From: Turneriella sp. | Lineage (GTDB): Bacteria > Spirochaetota > Leptospiria > Turneriellales > Turneriellaceae | DNA length: 64,000 nt | NCBI GenBank assembly: GCA_965279515.1 | Contig: CBDIID010000003.1 | Location: forward strand, 3,040,001 to 3,104,000 | Reading direction: 5' to 3' | Part shown: positions 8,341 to 16,765 of the stretch, piece by piece | How positions within the stretch are numbered: the first letter of the stretch is position 1 | Layout of the letters: each line of letters starts with the position of its first letter | Notes under the pieces: model-generated | Told to the model about the DNA's origin: nothing | The model's database searches: none | Seen by the model: the letters and a program-made list of their open reading frames with translations, nothing else | Position numbers and translations under genes: made by a program

Positions 8341-9216
8341 GTGGATAAAGACGATAAAATTGCCCTTGTGACGGTACCTGTTGCGGTTGCCATTGGCGCA
8401 GGGTTCGCCTGGGCGGGTGCATCGGTGCCCGTATTCTCGATCGGTAAATTTCCCGTTATCTACATCTGCATCGCTGCCGCATTTGTTATCCAATGGCTCG
8501 CGTTCGTGCCCGCCTATCTTTTCAAAACCGAAAAATTTTACGATTTTACGGGCAGCATCACCTACCTGTCGATCACGCTCTTTGCCATCAAAATGAATCC
8601 GCATAGCGACCTGCGCTCGCGCCTCATCGCCAGTTTCATCGCAGTGTGGGCAATCCGCCTGGGGTTTTTTCTTTTTTCGCGTATTCTCAAAGCCGGCGAA
8701 GACAGCCGCTTTGTCAATATCCGTGGCAAGTTTCTGCGCTTTCTCATGGCCTGGACGCTGCAGGGTTTGTGGGTTACCTTTTCGCTCGCGGCAGGTCTCA
8801 CAGCTCTCACTTCTCTTCCTGTGCGCATGGACGTATTCGGTTATGCCGGGGCCGGCCTGTGGTGTGTAGGATTTCTCCTCGAAGCGCTGGCTGACTTCCA
8901 GAAAAGCCGCTTTCGCCGTGAGCCGTCGAACAGAGGCCGTTTTATCTCGTCCGGGCTCTGGGCCTGGTCAAGACATCCTAATTATTTTGGCGAGATCGTA
9001 CTTTGGACAGGCATCGCCGTGATGGCGTTTCCCGTCTTGCATGGCTGGCAGTATGCCACGCTGGTGTCGCCTGTCTTTGTAACTCTGCTGCTCACGAAGA
9101 TCAGCGGCATTCCGCTGCTCGAAGAAGCGGCTGACAAAAAATGGGGCGGTCAAAAGGAATACGACGATTATAAACGCCGCACTTCGGTGCTGATTCCCTT
9201 ACCACGGCGCAGGTAG
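8341..9216 (+). CDS. DUF1295 / steroid 5-alpha-reductase-like membrane protein
   Basis: EDSRF, ADFQK, GLWAWSRHPNYFGE, SGIPLLE motifs. Confidence 0.88.
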   Translation: MDKDDKIALVTVPVAVAIGAGFAWAGASVPVFSIGKFPVIYICIAAAFVIQWLAFVPAYLFKTEKFYDFTGSITYLSITLFAIKMNPHSDLRSRLIASFIAVWAIRLGFFLFSRILKAGEDSRFVNIRGKFLRFLMAWTLQGLWVTFSLAAGLTALTSLPVRMDVFGYAGAGLWCVGFLLEALADFQKSRFRREPSNRGRFISSGLWAWSRHPNYFGEIVLWTGIAVMAFPVLHGWQYATLVSPVFVTLLLTKISGIPLLEEAADKKWGGQKEYDDYKRRTSVLIPLPRRR

Positions 9217-10122
9217 ATCAAAGCGCCACGTTGCGCCGAGTTGAACCGATATGCTGAAAGGCACGAGGTTAATGGGCGCGGTGCTCAGCACATTGCCCGA
9301 CACATCGGTCGCTGTGGGAGCATTGCCGGTAACGGCGGCAGAAATTGCATGTTCGACCCGCACGCTGCACAATCCGAAAATCTGCCGCGTGATGGGAAAG
9401 TTCGCCCCCACGCTCAAATACAGTGCGACATAGGTAGGAGTGCCATAGCTGTTATTCGTCAATGTGCCGGTGGCCGTATTTACCGTGAGCGGGGCCTTGG
9501 TGAGATTCACTGCGGTGAGCAGCCCCGGTTCGATGAAAAAAATACCCGAATGCGAACGATGGCCGAGGCGCACGTCGAGATAATCCATCGCCCAGGTACC
9601 ATTTCCCGTAATGCCTTTTTCGATAATACCACTGATCGGAATGTTCCGGCGCGCATAACCGAGACCAAAAACCAGCGCGTGGTTGCCGCCGTAATACCAG
9701 GCGCTGGTGCCGGCAATTTCAAAACCGTAGCTGTAGTCGAGTGTGGTCCCCAGCGGAAAATTACTGACGAGTCCGCTGGGCCAGAGCGCGCCGAAGCTGC
9801 CGGCAAGGCCGACATGCAGGCCGTGGTAGGCGCTGCCTGATTCCTGCGCCGGCAGCTCGATTTTCATGGCTGCTTCGGGCGTCGGATCGTTCTTCACAAT
9901 TGAGGGATGCGACCAAATTAAATTACCTTCGTCGTCATGGAGCGTCAGAATTTCGCTGCGGTTCAAAACGATTTCGGCCGCGCCCTTGGGTTGTATGGCG
10001 ATTTCTTTTTCGCTCTGGCGCACAAGCGCCCCATCGATGCGGCCATTTTGTGTGAACACGGTCGCCGCATTGACGGTGCTGCAAACTACCAGACAAAAGG
10101 TGATCGTTGACGCGGCGTTCAC
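9199..10122 (-). CDS. hypothetical outer-membrane beta-barrel protein
   Basis: signal peptide; amphipathic beta strands ending LGATWRF. Confidence 0.5.
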   Translation of the reverse strand: MNAASTITFCLVVCSTVNAATVFTQNGRIDGALVRQSEKEIAIQPKGAAEIVLNRSEILTLHDDEGNLIWSHPSIVKNDPTPEAAMKIELPAQESGSAYHGLHVGLAGSFGALWPSGLVSNFPLGTTLDYSYGFEIAGTSAWYYGGNHALVFGLGYARRNIPISGIIEKGITGNGTWAMDYLDVRLGHRSHSGIFFIEPGLLTAVNLTKAPLTVNTATGTLTNNSYGTPTYVALYLSVGANFPITRQIFGLCSVRVEHAISAAVTGNAPTATDVSGNVLSTAPINLVPFSISVQLGATWRFDLPAPW

Positions 10123-10180
10123 TTTACAAGCGGCTCGCCGCAGGCGGACACGGCGTCAATCGTAGACCCGGTTGGGCTTG

Positions 10181-10579
10181 TTAAAGCCAATTTTCAACTT
10201 TTAATCCGTCAATTCGGCGGAACTCAGCTTCATTGTTTGTGATTAAGGTGGCATTGAGCGACATTGCATGGGCGGCGATTAGCATATCATAGGGGCCGAT
10301 TACTTTCCCCATGGCCTCCAGTGATGCTTTGATATCGCCAAAAATAATTCCGGCTTTTTCATTGAACTCATAGGTTTTCAAAGGTATGAGAAATTGCGCC
10401 AAGGCTATTTGGTTTTCAGACTTCTTCATACTTTTCGCAATTCCGTACTGAAGCTCTGCATAGGTAATAGCAGAGATGCCGATTTTACCCTCTAATTTCG
10501 CAGTCTTGAATTTATCAATGAGGGCAGTGGATCGTTTTCCAATGATATAGATACAGATATTGGTGTCGAGCAAATACAT
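10181..10579 (-). CDS. vapC: type II toxin VapC (PIN-domain RNase)
   Basis: YLLDTNICI, EL.YG, IGPYDMLIAAHA, TNNEAEF; start overlaps vapB stop. Confidence 0.93.
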   Translation of the reverse strand: MYLLDTNICIYIIGKRSTALIDKFKTAKLEGKIGISAITYAELQYGIAKSMKKSENQIALAQFLIPLKTYEFNEKAGIIFGDIKASLEAMGKVIGPYDMLIAAHAMSLNATLITNNEAEFRRIDGLKVENWL

Positions 10580-10812
10580 CAAAAGGTGGGTCGATCCTGG
10601 TCTTTGGGTTGTTGGCGGCCACCTTCAAAGAGATCGTCACTGAAACCGTTGAGTGCGCCTTTCATTAGATCCCATGTATCTTTGGATTTAGGGATGAGCA
10701 TGACGATGTTGGAGTGTTTGGTTATATAGACTTCTTTGCCCTTGAACCGGTATTCCTTAGGGAGCCTGACGGCCTGGCTTTCCCCGTTTTTGAAAAGTTT
10801 TGCAATATTCAT
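10579..10812 (-). CDS. vapB: type II antitoxin VapB (AbrB/VagC fold)
   Basis: AKLFKNGESQAVRLPKEYRF. Confidence 0.93.
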   Translation of the reverse strand: MNIAKLFKNGESQAVRLPKEYRFKGKEVYITKHSNIVMLIPKSKDTWDLMKGALNGFSDDLFEGGRQQPKDQDRPTF

Positions 10813-10829
10813 ATATACTAAGGTATATA
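10812..10829 (-). promoter_or_regulatory. putative VapBC autoregulatory operator
   Basis: inverted repeat TATATAC-taag-GTATATA abutting the vapB start codon. Confidence 0.55.
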
Positions 10830-10877
10830 CTTTTTTCAGGGCGGCAATTATTTATACGAAAATTTTTCCTCAACCAC

Positions 10878-11657
10878 CTATTCTTTACCCAGCCGCCGCG
10901 CAAGTTCGAGCGCGGTCTCAAGGCCGCCGCCTGAGGCAAACCCCGCGAAGCGCACCACGCCCTGGCGGTCAATGACTGCCAGCGTCGGGTAACCCTGCAC
11001 ATGGTATGACATCGTCACGTCGTTCGATGCATCGATGAGAATCGGGTAGGGTGGTTTTTGGCCTTTGTAGAAAGCCTGCACGGTGGGGATGTCTTCCGTT
11101 GTGATGCCAATGACTTCGACGCCGGGGTTCATCCCCCCTTTTTTGAATTCTTCGAGCGCGCGGCGCACACCTTCACAGGGGCCGCACCAGGTCGCCCAGA
11201 AGTCGATGATATAGACCTTGCCTGTCGCCGGCGCAAACGTCGTGGCAGCGCCATAGACGGGCAGGGCAATTTTCGGCGCCGGTTTGCCCCTGAGCGCAGC
11301 AATTTCGTGCCGCACGCCGAGGGCGATTTTCACCGTCTGCACTTTACCCGCCCTTTCGTATTCAATCGCCGTCAGCGTTTCGGCGGCGTATTTGCGGATT
11401 TCCTGCACCAGCTGCTGCGGCGAATTTATGGGAGTGCCATTCACCGTGAGAATCAGGTCACCGACCTTGAGCCCCGCGCGCTGCGCCGCGGAATCGGGTA
11501 ACACTTTATGTATCAGCACACCGCGCGGGGCAGGCGCCGGAACGACACCCAGAAGAGCTGGTTTCGTTTCGGGGACTCCCGCTTTATCTGTGGCGGGCAG
11601 GTTCGGCATAAAGAGCACCGCGAGAAAAAAAAGACAACCGGGAATAAAAGTCTTCAT
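10878..11657 (-). CDS. secreted PDZ + TlpA-like thioredoxin fusion protein
   Basis: signal peptide; PDZ GLKVGDLILTVNG; DFWATWCGPC. Confidence 0.85.
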   Translation of the reverse strand: MKTFIPGCLFFLAVLFMPNLPATDKAGVPETKPALLGVVPAPAPRGVLIHKVLPDSAAQRAGLKVGDLILTVNGTPINSPQQLVQEIRKYAAETLTAIEYERAGKVQTVKIALGVRHEIAALRGKPAPKIALPVYGAATTFAPATGKVYIIDFWATWCGPCEGVRRALEEFKKGGMNPGVEVIGITTEDIPTVQAFYKGQKPPYPILIDASNDVTMSYHVQGYPTLAVIDRQGVVRFAGFASGGGLETALELARRLGKE

Positions 11658-11716
11658 AACTTCTGGATTCTGTTTTGACGCGCGGGCTGCAACGATTGTT
11701 CGTAAAAGCCTTGCGG

Positions 11717-12418
11717 TCAGAGGCCATACCAGGCAAAACCCGGCGGAGCACAATCGGCCGCGTATTCGATCTGCAGAACCCTGCGGTGCGCCTGCGTCTG
11801 CGACGGCCGCGAACGGTGGATGAGCAGAGCTTTGAAGAGAAAGGTGCTGCCTGCTGCGAGATCAGGACAAAGCGCTGGTGTTGTTTGTGTTATTTGTTCC
11901 AGGGCCTCGGGTGTTGAAATGCCATTGCGGTGCGAGCCAGGAATAAATTCGAGCGCGCCGTTTTCAGCGCTCTGCTCATCGAGGCTGATGCGCACGATCA
12001 GTACACCGTCGAGATATTCGGCGTCGGGAATAATCTGCGGAATGCCATGCGCTATTTCGTAGTTGCTGTCAGCGTTGCCCGGTGCAACCGGCAGGCGCAG
12101 ATTCTGGTGCCAGGGAATCTGCCAGTTACTGTCGGCGGTTTTATCAAGGAAAAAAGCCGCAAAGGGACGAGCCTTGCTGCCCAGTATGTCGCGTATCACG
12201 GGTGCAAGAGCGGGATGGTTTGCGACAGACGCCACGGCCGGGCTGGCGCGCAACAGATTCTGTGGTTTGCCTGGCGCCGCCTTTTTTTCGAGGTCTGTCA
12301 TTTCAGATAAGAGATATTCGATTCCCTGCCGGGACAACATGCCGTTGAGTATGGCAAAGCCGTGCTCAGCGACTTGTTGTTCCAGATTCCCCCGGATCTC
12401 TGTTGTTTCAGCGACCAT
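11717..12418 (-). CDS. phytanoyl-CoA dioxygenase (PhyH) family protein
   Basis: FLDKT..NW.IPWHQ, ENGALEFIPGSH, LIHRS, RRVLQIEY; start uncertain. Confidence 0.8.
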   Translation of the reverse strand: MVAETTEIRGNLEQQVAEHGFAILNGMLSRQGIEYLLSEMTDLEKKAAPGKPQNLLRASPAVASVANHPALAPVIRDILGSKARPFAAFFLDKTADSNWQIPWHQNLRLPVAPGNADSNYEIAHGIPQIIPDAEYLDGVLIVRISLDEQSAENGALEFIPGSHRNGISTPEALEQITQTTPALCPDLAAGSTFLFKALLIHRSRPSQTQAHRRVLQIEYAADCAPPGFAWYGL

Positions 12419-12908
12419 TCGCGCCGCCTGTTGTCGTAAACCAACCATGGCTACGTTCAAGATGCTCTTTGGGCAAGTCGGCGACCAAATCTTTTGCGAG
12501 ATCGGCGAGCGTCATCGTGCGCAGCGTGTCGCGCCAGGCCTCGTCGGCCCGGTACATGGTGCGCGCGATGGCACAGGTGCCGCTTTTGCCGGCGCCTTTT
12601 TTCAGGCAGGGATTATTCATGCGGATCTCTGTGCATTTAAAAGTTGTGCGCGGGCCTTCGATAGCTTCGACGACATCGAGAAAAGAAATCTTTTCGGCCG
12701 TTCGCTTCAAGCGGTAGCCACCGGTAGGGCCGAGTGTCCCCTCGAGGATATCGGCCTGCGCGAGCGCCTGCAACGCCTTCGAGAGATATTCTTTCGGTAC
12801 ACCGTGGAACTGCGCCAGGTCTTTGGTGGGAATATATTTACCGGGCGGCATCGCCGCAAGTATCGAGCAGCAATGCAACGCCCATTCGACCTGATTGCGG
12901 AGTACCAT
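12408..12908 (-). CDS. Rrf2 family regulator, RsrR-type [2Fe-2S] sensor
   Basis: E8/W9/H12 plus C92/C112; YLSKALQAL, GPTGGYRL. Confidence 0.85.
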   Translation of the reverse strand: MVLRNQVEWALHCCSILAAMPPGKYIPTKDLAQFHGVPKEYLSKALQALAQADILEGTLGPTGGYRLKRTAEKISFLDVVEAIEGPRTTFKCTEIRMNNPCLKKGAGKSGTCAIARTMYRADEAWRDTLRTMTLADLAKDLVADLPKEHLERSHGWFTTTGGANGR

Positions 12909-13378
12909 TAGTTGAGCAGCGCTTTGTCGAGCCCCAATAAAGCGTCCATACTGCCGGGTTCGGGGCGGAAGGCGACGCCGATGCGGTTCCAGAAATTGAT
13001 ACTGCCGACGGCGAATGTCAGGTCAGAGATTTCTTTCTCGGAAAAATGCGCCGACACCTTTTGGTAATCCCCATCGCTGACGCCGCCCTGGCCGATGCGA
13101 GTCAGCTGCTCGGCCCATTCGAGTGCCGCGCGTTCTTTATCGCTGAAGAGATTCGACTCATGCCATGCCGACAGGTGGTGCAGGCGGATTTCACGCTCAC
13201 CGCGCAGGTGAGCTTCTTTGACATGCATGTCGACGCAGAAGATACAGCCGTTGAGCTGCGATACGCGGATTTTCACGAGGTCGACGAGCGAGGCATCGAG
13301 GCTGGCACGCACGCTTCTATCGAGCGCTAACAGGGATTTCACCGGTTCGGGTGAGTGTTGGTTGTATTGTATTCTCAT
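12908..13378 (-). CDS. carboxymuconolactone decarboxylase / AhpD family protein
   Basis: RVSQLNGCIFCVDMH, ERAALEWAE, INFWNR; AAGGAG RBS. Confidence 0.88.
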   Translation of the reverse strand: MRIQYNQHSPEPVKSLLALDRSVRASLDASLVDLVKIRVSQLNGCIFCVDMHVKEAHLRGEREIRLHHLSAWHESNLFSDKERAALEWAEQLTRIGQGGVSDGDYQKVSAHFSEKEISDLTFAVGSINFWNRIGVAFRPEPGSMDALLGLDKALLN

Positions 13379-13391
13379 ATAAGCTCCTTTT

Positions 13392-13420
13392 TTATTAAGG
13401 ATATTTTATATCCTTAATAA
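13392..13420. promoter_or_regulatory. palindromic operator, probably bound by the adjacent Rrf2 protein
   Basis: perfect 13-3-13 inverted repeat TTATTAAGGATAT-TTT-ATATCCTTAATAA just upstream of the ahpD-like RBS. Confidence 0.75.
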
Positions 13421-13597
13421 TGGGGCGGCGAATTTTTCTGCATGCCCGGGCAACCTGGCAGGAATTCAGGCTTTAAAGATTTATAGAAAAAGATGTGACA
13501 TAATGTTCCGACTGCCCAACCTGCTCTTAGTGCCCAGCCGAGAGGTCAGAATCTCGCAAATCCTTTACACCCTATCGCAAAACCAGATTTTGCACCC

Positions 13598-13768
13598 ATG
13601 AAACGGACATGGCAGCCCGCAAACAAAAAACGTAACCGTACCCACGGGTTCCGTGCACGTAATGAGACAGCCGAAGGCCGTGAAGTCCTGCGCCGCCGCC
13701 GCCAAAAAGGCCGCTGGAAACTGACAGTTTCTGACGAACGCCGCCGCTGGGATATTGTGAAGCGCTAA
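13598..13768 (+). CDS. rpmH: 50S ribosomal protein L34 (not in the ORF track)
   Basis: [56 protein letters not shown]; upstream of rnpA. Confidence 0.95.
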   Translation: MKRTWQPANKKRNRTHGFRARNETAEGREVLRRRRQKGRWKLTVSDERRRWDIVKR

Positions 13769-13805
13769 AGAGGTGTTGAAAACACCTCGGAGCTGACTGT
13801 TGAAA

Positions 13806-13905
13806 CCGCAATGCGCGGAAAGCAGCAGAGCAACTTGCCGCGCAAGTTGCGGAGCGCTTTAGCAGCAGTTCGCCCCGCGAACTGCGAGGCTTTCCGTGCA
13901 TGCGG
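13806..13905. repeat. multi-branched palindromic element between rpmH and rnpA
   Basis: outer stem CCGC(A)ATGCGCGGAAAGC / GCTTTCCGTGCATGCGG enclosing hairpins GCAACTTGC-CGC-GCAAGTTGC and GCAGTTCGC-CCC-GCGAACTGC. Confidence 0.7.
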
Positions 13906-14447
13906 ATAACTTTCAACAGTCAGCTAAAATCAAAAAAGCCCGCGCTCAGTATTTCCTCAGTCTTAAATCCAAAAAAAGCATCGGGTCGCTGTTTAAAACC
14001 GGCGGCAAAGTCTTCGCCAAAAAGTTAATGCTGCGTTTTAACCGCAGCGACTTGCGCACACAGGCAGATCCCCCCTTTCATGTCGTGTTCGCCGTTTCGG
14101 CCAAGCTCGGCGATGCCCATGTGCGCAACCGCATCAAGCGCCGCCTGCGCGAGGCGTTGCACGAGATCATGAAAAGCGGTGCGGTGAAACAGGTGGGTTT
14201 TGACCTCGCGATTATTCCGAAAAAAGAAACGGCGGATGCAGACTTCGGCGACCTGTGCGCCGACCTGAAAATGGCGCTGCAGCGTTTGCCGAAGCACAAG
14301 GAGGTGCCAGGTGCGTCCGCCGCCACGGATGGCGTTCTTCGCGGCGCACCAAAGCACAAGGATGTGCCAGGTGCGTCCGCCGCCACGGATGGCGCTCTTC
14401 GCGGCGCACCAAAGCACAAGGATGTGCAAGGCCCCGTCAAAACATGA
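13896..14447 (+). CDS. rnpA: ribonuclease P protein component with repeat-derived C-terminal extension
   Basis: RNR motif VSAKLGDAHVRNRIKRRLRE; rpmH-rnpA-yidD order; start uncertain. Confidence 0.9.
   Translation: MHADNFQQSAKIKKARAQYFLSLKSKKSIGSLFKTGGKVFAKKLMLRFNRSDLRTQADPPFHVVFAVSAKLGDAHVRNRIKRRLREALHEIMKSGAVKQVGFDLAIIPKKETADADFGDLCADLKMALQRLPKHKEVPGASAATDGVLRGAPKHKDVPGASAATDGALRGAPKHKDVQGPVKT
14289..14427 (+). repeat. 60-bp tandem repeat (about 2.3 copies) in the 3' end of rnpA
   Basis: unit AAGCACAAGGATGTGCCAGGTGCGTCCGCCGCCACGGATGGCG(C/T)TCTTCGCGGCGCACCA encoding PKHKDVPGASAATDGALRGA. Confidence 0.92.
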
Positions 14448-14671
14448 AGCACATCTTTGTATTCCTGATCCGTTTTTACCAGTACACGTTCTCGGCGTTT
14501 CTCGGCGGGCAGTGCCGGTTTCACCCGACCTGTTCTGAGTATGCGGTGGAATGTTTTGAAAAACTGCCACCGCACCGCGCCTTTATTCTCTCGCTGTGGC
14601 GCATCTTGCGTTGCCAGCCGTTTGCGAAAGCGGGCTATGACCCGGTTCCGGAAAAAACGCCGCACAAATAA
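14444..14671 (+). CDS. yidD: membrane protein insertion efficiency factor
   Basis: IRFYQ, CRFHPTCSEYA, RILRCQPF..GYDPVP; ATGA overlap with rnpA. Confidence 0.93.
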   Translation: MKHIFVFLIRFYQYTFSAFLGGQCRFHPTCSEYAVECFEKLPPHRAFILSLWRILRCQPFAKAGYDPVPEKTPHK

Positions 14672-14769
14672 CGGCGCTGAGTTTTTAACTTGTCCCCCGA
14701 GCTCGCGCGGTTTAGCGGGCTTTTCCGCAAAAATTCGCCTGTCGCCGGGCCATGGTGTACCTTTGCGCC

Positions 14770-15672
14770 ATGAAAAAATGGTTGTCCCTACTTCTCATCA
14801 GTAGCGCCCTCTCGGCCGCTGTTGAAGACAAAGCGGGCTTGTTTTCCGCCAAAGCCATCACTTCAGCCAATGAGCAGCTGAATAAGGTGCGGATGGCAAC
14901 CGGCAAGGAAATTCTCATACTGACGGTGAACGACCTCGGCGGCAAACCGATTGTGGAACTTGCCCGCACCGAAGGACGCGCGAGACAACTGAATGGTATT
15001 ATTCTGGTGATTTCCAAAAAGCCGGCTCAAATCGAGCTCATGGCTGGCCGGAAAACCAGCATGGTGTTCCGTAAACAGCACCGCGACACCGTGGTGGAGA
15101 TCCTCAAAAAAAATCTGCGTAAAGCACCGGATGAAGCCCTGGCTGCGTCGGTGCAATATATGGCCGAGACCTTCAGTAGCGCGAATAGCGCGATGATGCA
15201 ACCCGACGGTCGGCCCCCGATCGGTCAACGCCCGGCTGTTGTCACGCACCGGGAATCGAGCTCTTTTGGTTGGGTCAAATGGCTCATCATCATCGGCGTC
15301 GTGTTCCTGATTATCCGCCTGATCTCTTACTTCATGAACCGCAACGCGGCGGCGAATACGGCAGCTCCGGGTGCCGGTATGCCCGGCCAGGGCGGTTTTG
15401 GCGGCGGCGGTTTTTTTGCCTCGCTGATGGGTGGTATCTTCGGCGCTGTCGCCGGCAACTGGATCTACGATAAATTCTTTGGCGACAGCCATGATCACTC
15501 TAACTATAACCAGGATTCTTACCGCGATTCAAACCAGGACTGGCGCAACGACGACAAGGGCGACTTTGATTCGGGTTCGGGCAGCGGCGGCGACTGGGGC
15601 AGCGGCGATGGTGGCAGTTCGGGTGACAGTGGTGGTGGTGATTCTGGCGGTGGCGGCGGCGATAGCTGGTAA
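14770..15672 (+). CDS. TPM domain protein with TM helix and Gly/Ser/Asp-rich tail
   Basis: signal peptide, VEDKAGLFS, TM segment, GGGDSGGGGGDSW tail. Confidence 0.75.
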   Translation: MKKWLSLLLISSALSAAVEDKAGLFSAKAITSANEQLNKVRMATGKEILILTVNDLGGKPIVELARTEGRARQLNGIILVISKKPAQIELMAGRKTSMVFRKQHRDTVVEILKKNLRKAPDEALAASVQYMAETFSSANSAMMQPDGRPPIGQRPAVVTHRESSSFGWVKWLIIIGVVFLIIRLISYFMNRNAAANTAAPGAGMPGQGGFGGGGFFASLMGGIFGAVAGNWIYDKFFGDSHDHSNYNQDSYRDSNQDWRNDDKGDFDSGSGSGGDWGSGDGGSSGDSGGGDSGGGGGDSW

Positions 15673-16752
15673 TTAACGCCGCAACGGCGGCAGTTGCCAG
15701 CGCGCGAAGGCGCGGAGTATCCATTCAGCCGGGCCGGTTGCAAAGTAGCGCAGCCAGAGCGCTGAGCACAGCGCCTCGAAAATAAAGATCAATACCGAAA
15801 CGCCGATGAGCGCGAGTGGGGAGATCCTATTATAGAGCCCCAGGCCGTAGCCGTGGAATAAAAAGCCCGCGATCAGGGATTGCAGCAAATAGTTCGTCAG
15901 CGACATCTGCCCGGCATTGCGGAATATGCTGAGCAGCTTTGCGCCGCGTCTCGTCTGCGCTGCGGTTAGAATACATTGTACATACGCGGCCGATAACACC
16001 GGCGCCGCCAGAGCCAGGGTCAGCATCGCCGATGCCATCAGGTGCTTCAGGTGCAGCGCCGAAGCGGTGGCATAAAAGGCGCTGCCGCCGAGCCCCAGCA
16101 ACGCGAGTAATAATGTGGATTTACCGATTCTGATGCGCGTCAGCAGATTCTCACGCATTGTTATGTAGCCGAGGCAGAACATCGCCAGCGCCGTGGGTAC
16201 ATTGAAGAGTGCGACGAAGCCGAGAGAGAGCGGGTAGACGCGCAGGTTGCTTTGTACGGCTTGGGTATAACCGGCAAGGTAGTTGGTTTTGGGAATGTCG
16301 GGCACCGCTTCAGACATGCGCCCCATGATAAAATAACCGATCGCTGTGAGTACCAGGCAGCAAGCTGCGGTGATGACCAGCGTGCGCGTCGTGCGGCGGC
16401 GCAGCGCCAGAAACACAAAACCCAGCAGCGCATAGCTGGCGAGAATATCGCCCGGAAAAAGCAGAATGGCATGCGCGACGCCGAAGAGCAGCAAGCCCAG
16501 AGAGCGGCGCATCAGCACGCGCGCCGGGGATTTCTCACCGATCAAAAAGAGACCGATGCCGAAGAGGAAAGAGAAGATCGGGAAAATCTTGCCGTCGAAA
16601 AAGCCCGAATTCAGGAATATGCCGAGCTGTGCCCAAACGTCTTTGGGTGGCTGGTAAAAACTTTCCCAGCTGCGTGCGAGCAGCGGCAGGTTGACGATCG
16701 CAATGCCCAGCAGGGCAAAGCCCCTGAGCTCGTCGAGGCCCGTTACGCGCAT
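15673..16752 (-). CDS. DUF418 family membrane protein
   Basis: LDELRGFALLGI, GKIFPIFSFLFG, GQMSLTNYLLQS, GPAEW. Confidence 0.88.
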   Translation of the reverse strand: MRVTGLDELRGFALLGIAIVNLPLLARSWESFYQPPKDVWAQLGIFLNSGFFDGKIFPIFSFLFGIGLFLIGEKSPARVLMRRSLGLLLFGVAHAILLFPGDILASYALLGFVFLALRRRTTRTLVITAACCLVLTAIGYFIMGRMSEAVPDIPKTNYLAGYTQAVQSNLRVYPLSLGFVALFNVPTALAMFCLGYITMRENLLTRIRIGKSTLLLALLGLGGSAFYATASALHLKHLMASAMLTLALAAPVLSAAYVQCILTAAQTRRGAKLLSIFRNAGQMSLTNYLLQSLIAGFLFHGYGLGLYNRISPLALIGVSVLIFIFEALCSALWLRYFATGPAEWILRAFARWQLPPLRR

Positions 16753-16765
16753 CGGTAAAACCGCG

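Noticed and set aside
12063..12911. 282-aa plus-strand ORF and similar long shadow ORFs elsewhere
   Set aside because: Antisense to well-supported genes and without recognisable motifs
13421..13597. Replication origin next to rpmH
   Set aside because: No dnaA gene and no cluster of TTATCCACA-like boxes seen
14289..14427. CRISPR array
   Set aside because: The 60-bp units are contiguous and near-identical with no unique spacers, lie in frame within rnpA, and have no cas genes nearby
15560..15672. GGC/GGT-rich repeat
   Set aside because: It simply encodes the Gly-rich tail usual in TPM proteins
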